DNA of 35,773 nucleotides, taken from positions 1 through 35,773 of the forward strand of contig JBEBGD010000055.1 of the NCBI GenBank assembly GCA_040081625.1, in the 5' to 3' direction. This DNA is from Chthoniobacteraceae bacterium. GTDB lineage: Bacteria > Verrucomicrobiota > Verrucomicrobiia > Chthoniobacterales > Chthoniobacteraceae. Each line of letters begins with the position of its first letter. Position 1 is the stretch's first letter. The notes under the pieces were generated by a model. The model ran no database searches and had not been told where the DNA came from. It saw nothing but the letters and a program-made list of their open reading frames with translations. Positions 34,553 through 35,773 of the stretch are shown piece after piece. The translations under genes were made by a program, and so were the position numbers.

Positions 34553-35744
34553 ATGAAGACGTTCCTCCTCTGCTTCGTCCTGCTCACCTTCGCAGCCGTG
34601 GCCGCGCCGCCGGTGGTCTCGAACATCCGCCCCGCGCAGATCGCCGGGACGAAGAACGTGGAGATCCTCTACGACGTGAGCGATGCGGATGGGGATGCGC
34701 TCACCATCGGGCTGCAGGTGAGCGGCGATGCGGGGCAGACCTACACCCATCCCGGCCACGGCGCTGAGCGGGCACATCGGCGCGGGCGTCGCGCCGGGGG
34801 TGAACCGGCGCATCGTCTGGAATGCGGGCGCGGATTGGAACGGGCAGCTCGTGAGCAGCGCCAAAGTGCGCGTCACCGCCAGCGACGGCACCACCCCGGC
34901 CCCGCCGCCCGGCATGGTGTATATCCCGGCGGGGGTGTTTCAGATTGGGGATAATTTCAATGAAAGCGCGCCGGATACGTTGCCACTCCACAGTGTCACG
35001 GTGAATCCCATGTTCATGGACAAGTATGAGGTGACAAAAGAACTGTGGCTTGCCGTGCAAACTTGGGCGCTTGGCCACGGCTACACGAGCCTTTCCTCGG
35101 GCAGCTACAAAGCAAGCGGTCACCCGGTGCAGTCCGTCTCTTGGTATGACATGGTTAAATGGTGTAACCCACGCTCAGAGAGGGAGGGATTGACCCCATG
35201 CTACTACACCGACGACGCGCAGACGTTCGTCTATAAAACCGGCAACGTGGATGTGACCAACGTGCAGGTGAAGTGGACGGCAGACGGCTACCGACTGCCG
35301 ACCGAAGCCGAGTGGGAGAAGGCCGCGCGTGGCGGCATCCTCGGCGCGCGCTTTCCGTGGGGCGATACGATTAATGGTAGTCAGGCGAATTACTCCGGCA
35401 GCGGCGACGCGTTGGAGGGACAGTTCCCGGAAACCACGCCCGTCGGCTATTATGATGGCAACCAGACACCCACCGGTGTGGACATGGCGAATGGCTACGG
35501 CCTCTACGATATGGCGGGCAACGTCTGGGAGTGGGTTTGGGATCGGTATGACCCGAACTACTACAGCGACGTGACCGCAAATAATAATCCGCGCGGCCCC
35601 GCTATGGGCACCAAGCGGGTGCTCCGTGGGGGCGCGTGGGGCCACACCGCGACTGACCTGCGTTGCGCCTACCGCCTCTACAACTACTCGCCGGCCACCA
35701 CCAACTCGGCCGGATTTGGATTCCGGTGTGCAAGGGGGCTTTAA
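34553..35744 (+). pseudogene. Secreted Ig-like + FGE-sulfatase (CLec-fold) protein, split by a +1 frameshift at about 34746-34748 (pseudogene or sequencing error)
   Basis: Frame 1 gives MKTFLLCFVLL signal peptide through AGQTYT. The next frame continues IPATALSG..., MVYIPAGVF, MDKYEVT, HPVQSVSW, YRLPTEAEWEKAARGG, NGYGLYDMAGNVWEW, RVLRGG and GFRC. Removing one C from ACCCATC joins them into about 396 aa. Confidence 0.85.
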
Positions 35745-35773
35745 ACTAAGCACCGAGCCCATGAGCCGAGCCC

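Noticed and set aside
35753..35773. CCGAGCCC twice at the right end, resembling the reverse Nextera adapter (CCGAGCCCACGAG)
   Set aside because: The mosaic end that should precede it is absent and there is a mismatch. It may be chance or the start of a next gene (ATG at 35761); too short to call.
1..35773. CRISPR array, tRNA, rRNA, reverse transcriptase or transposase
   Set aside because: None recognised. Coding density is high and no regularly spaced repeats were seen.

Overview
GC-rich bacterial DNA, probably PVC superphylum and most likely Verrucomicrobiota. This is inferred from the DUF1549/DUF1553 + DUF1501 pair, LamG-containing secreted proteins and an Ig-like + FGE-domain protein. Bases 1-22 are an untrimmed Nextera/Tn5 adapter. 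From left to right the window holds: two tandem antitoxin cassettes sharing a duplicated promoter and N-terminus (the first has a truncated PIN toxin, the second is an intact vapBC-like pair); a cupin coupled to a Tat-signal LamG/dimethylformamidase-beta-like protein; a TPR protein with an Hsp70 substrate-binding-like C-terminus; a four-gene histidine kinase/receiver cluster; a fatty acid desaturase; rapA; an alpha/beta hydrolase; an ABC-F ATPase; a GT4 fusion plus GH130; a minus-strand block (DUF1553, DUF1501, ABCG-type transporter, membrane protein, degenerate ABC ATPase, HpnD/CrtB-like synthase); and a frameshifted secreted FGE/CLec-fold gene with an abrupt GC drop and a C-terminus resembling a DGR variable region. 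Two GTAG-type double-hairpin REP-like elements are present, one read in frame inside a gene. No rRNA, tRNA, CRISPR array, transposase or reverse transcriptase was recognised. All calls come from reading motifs by eye; no database searches were run.
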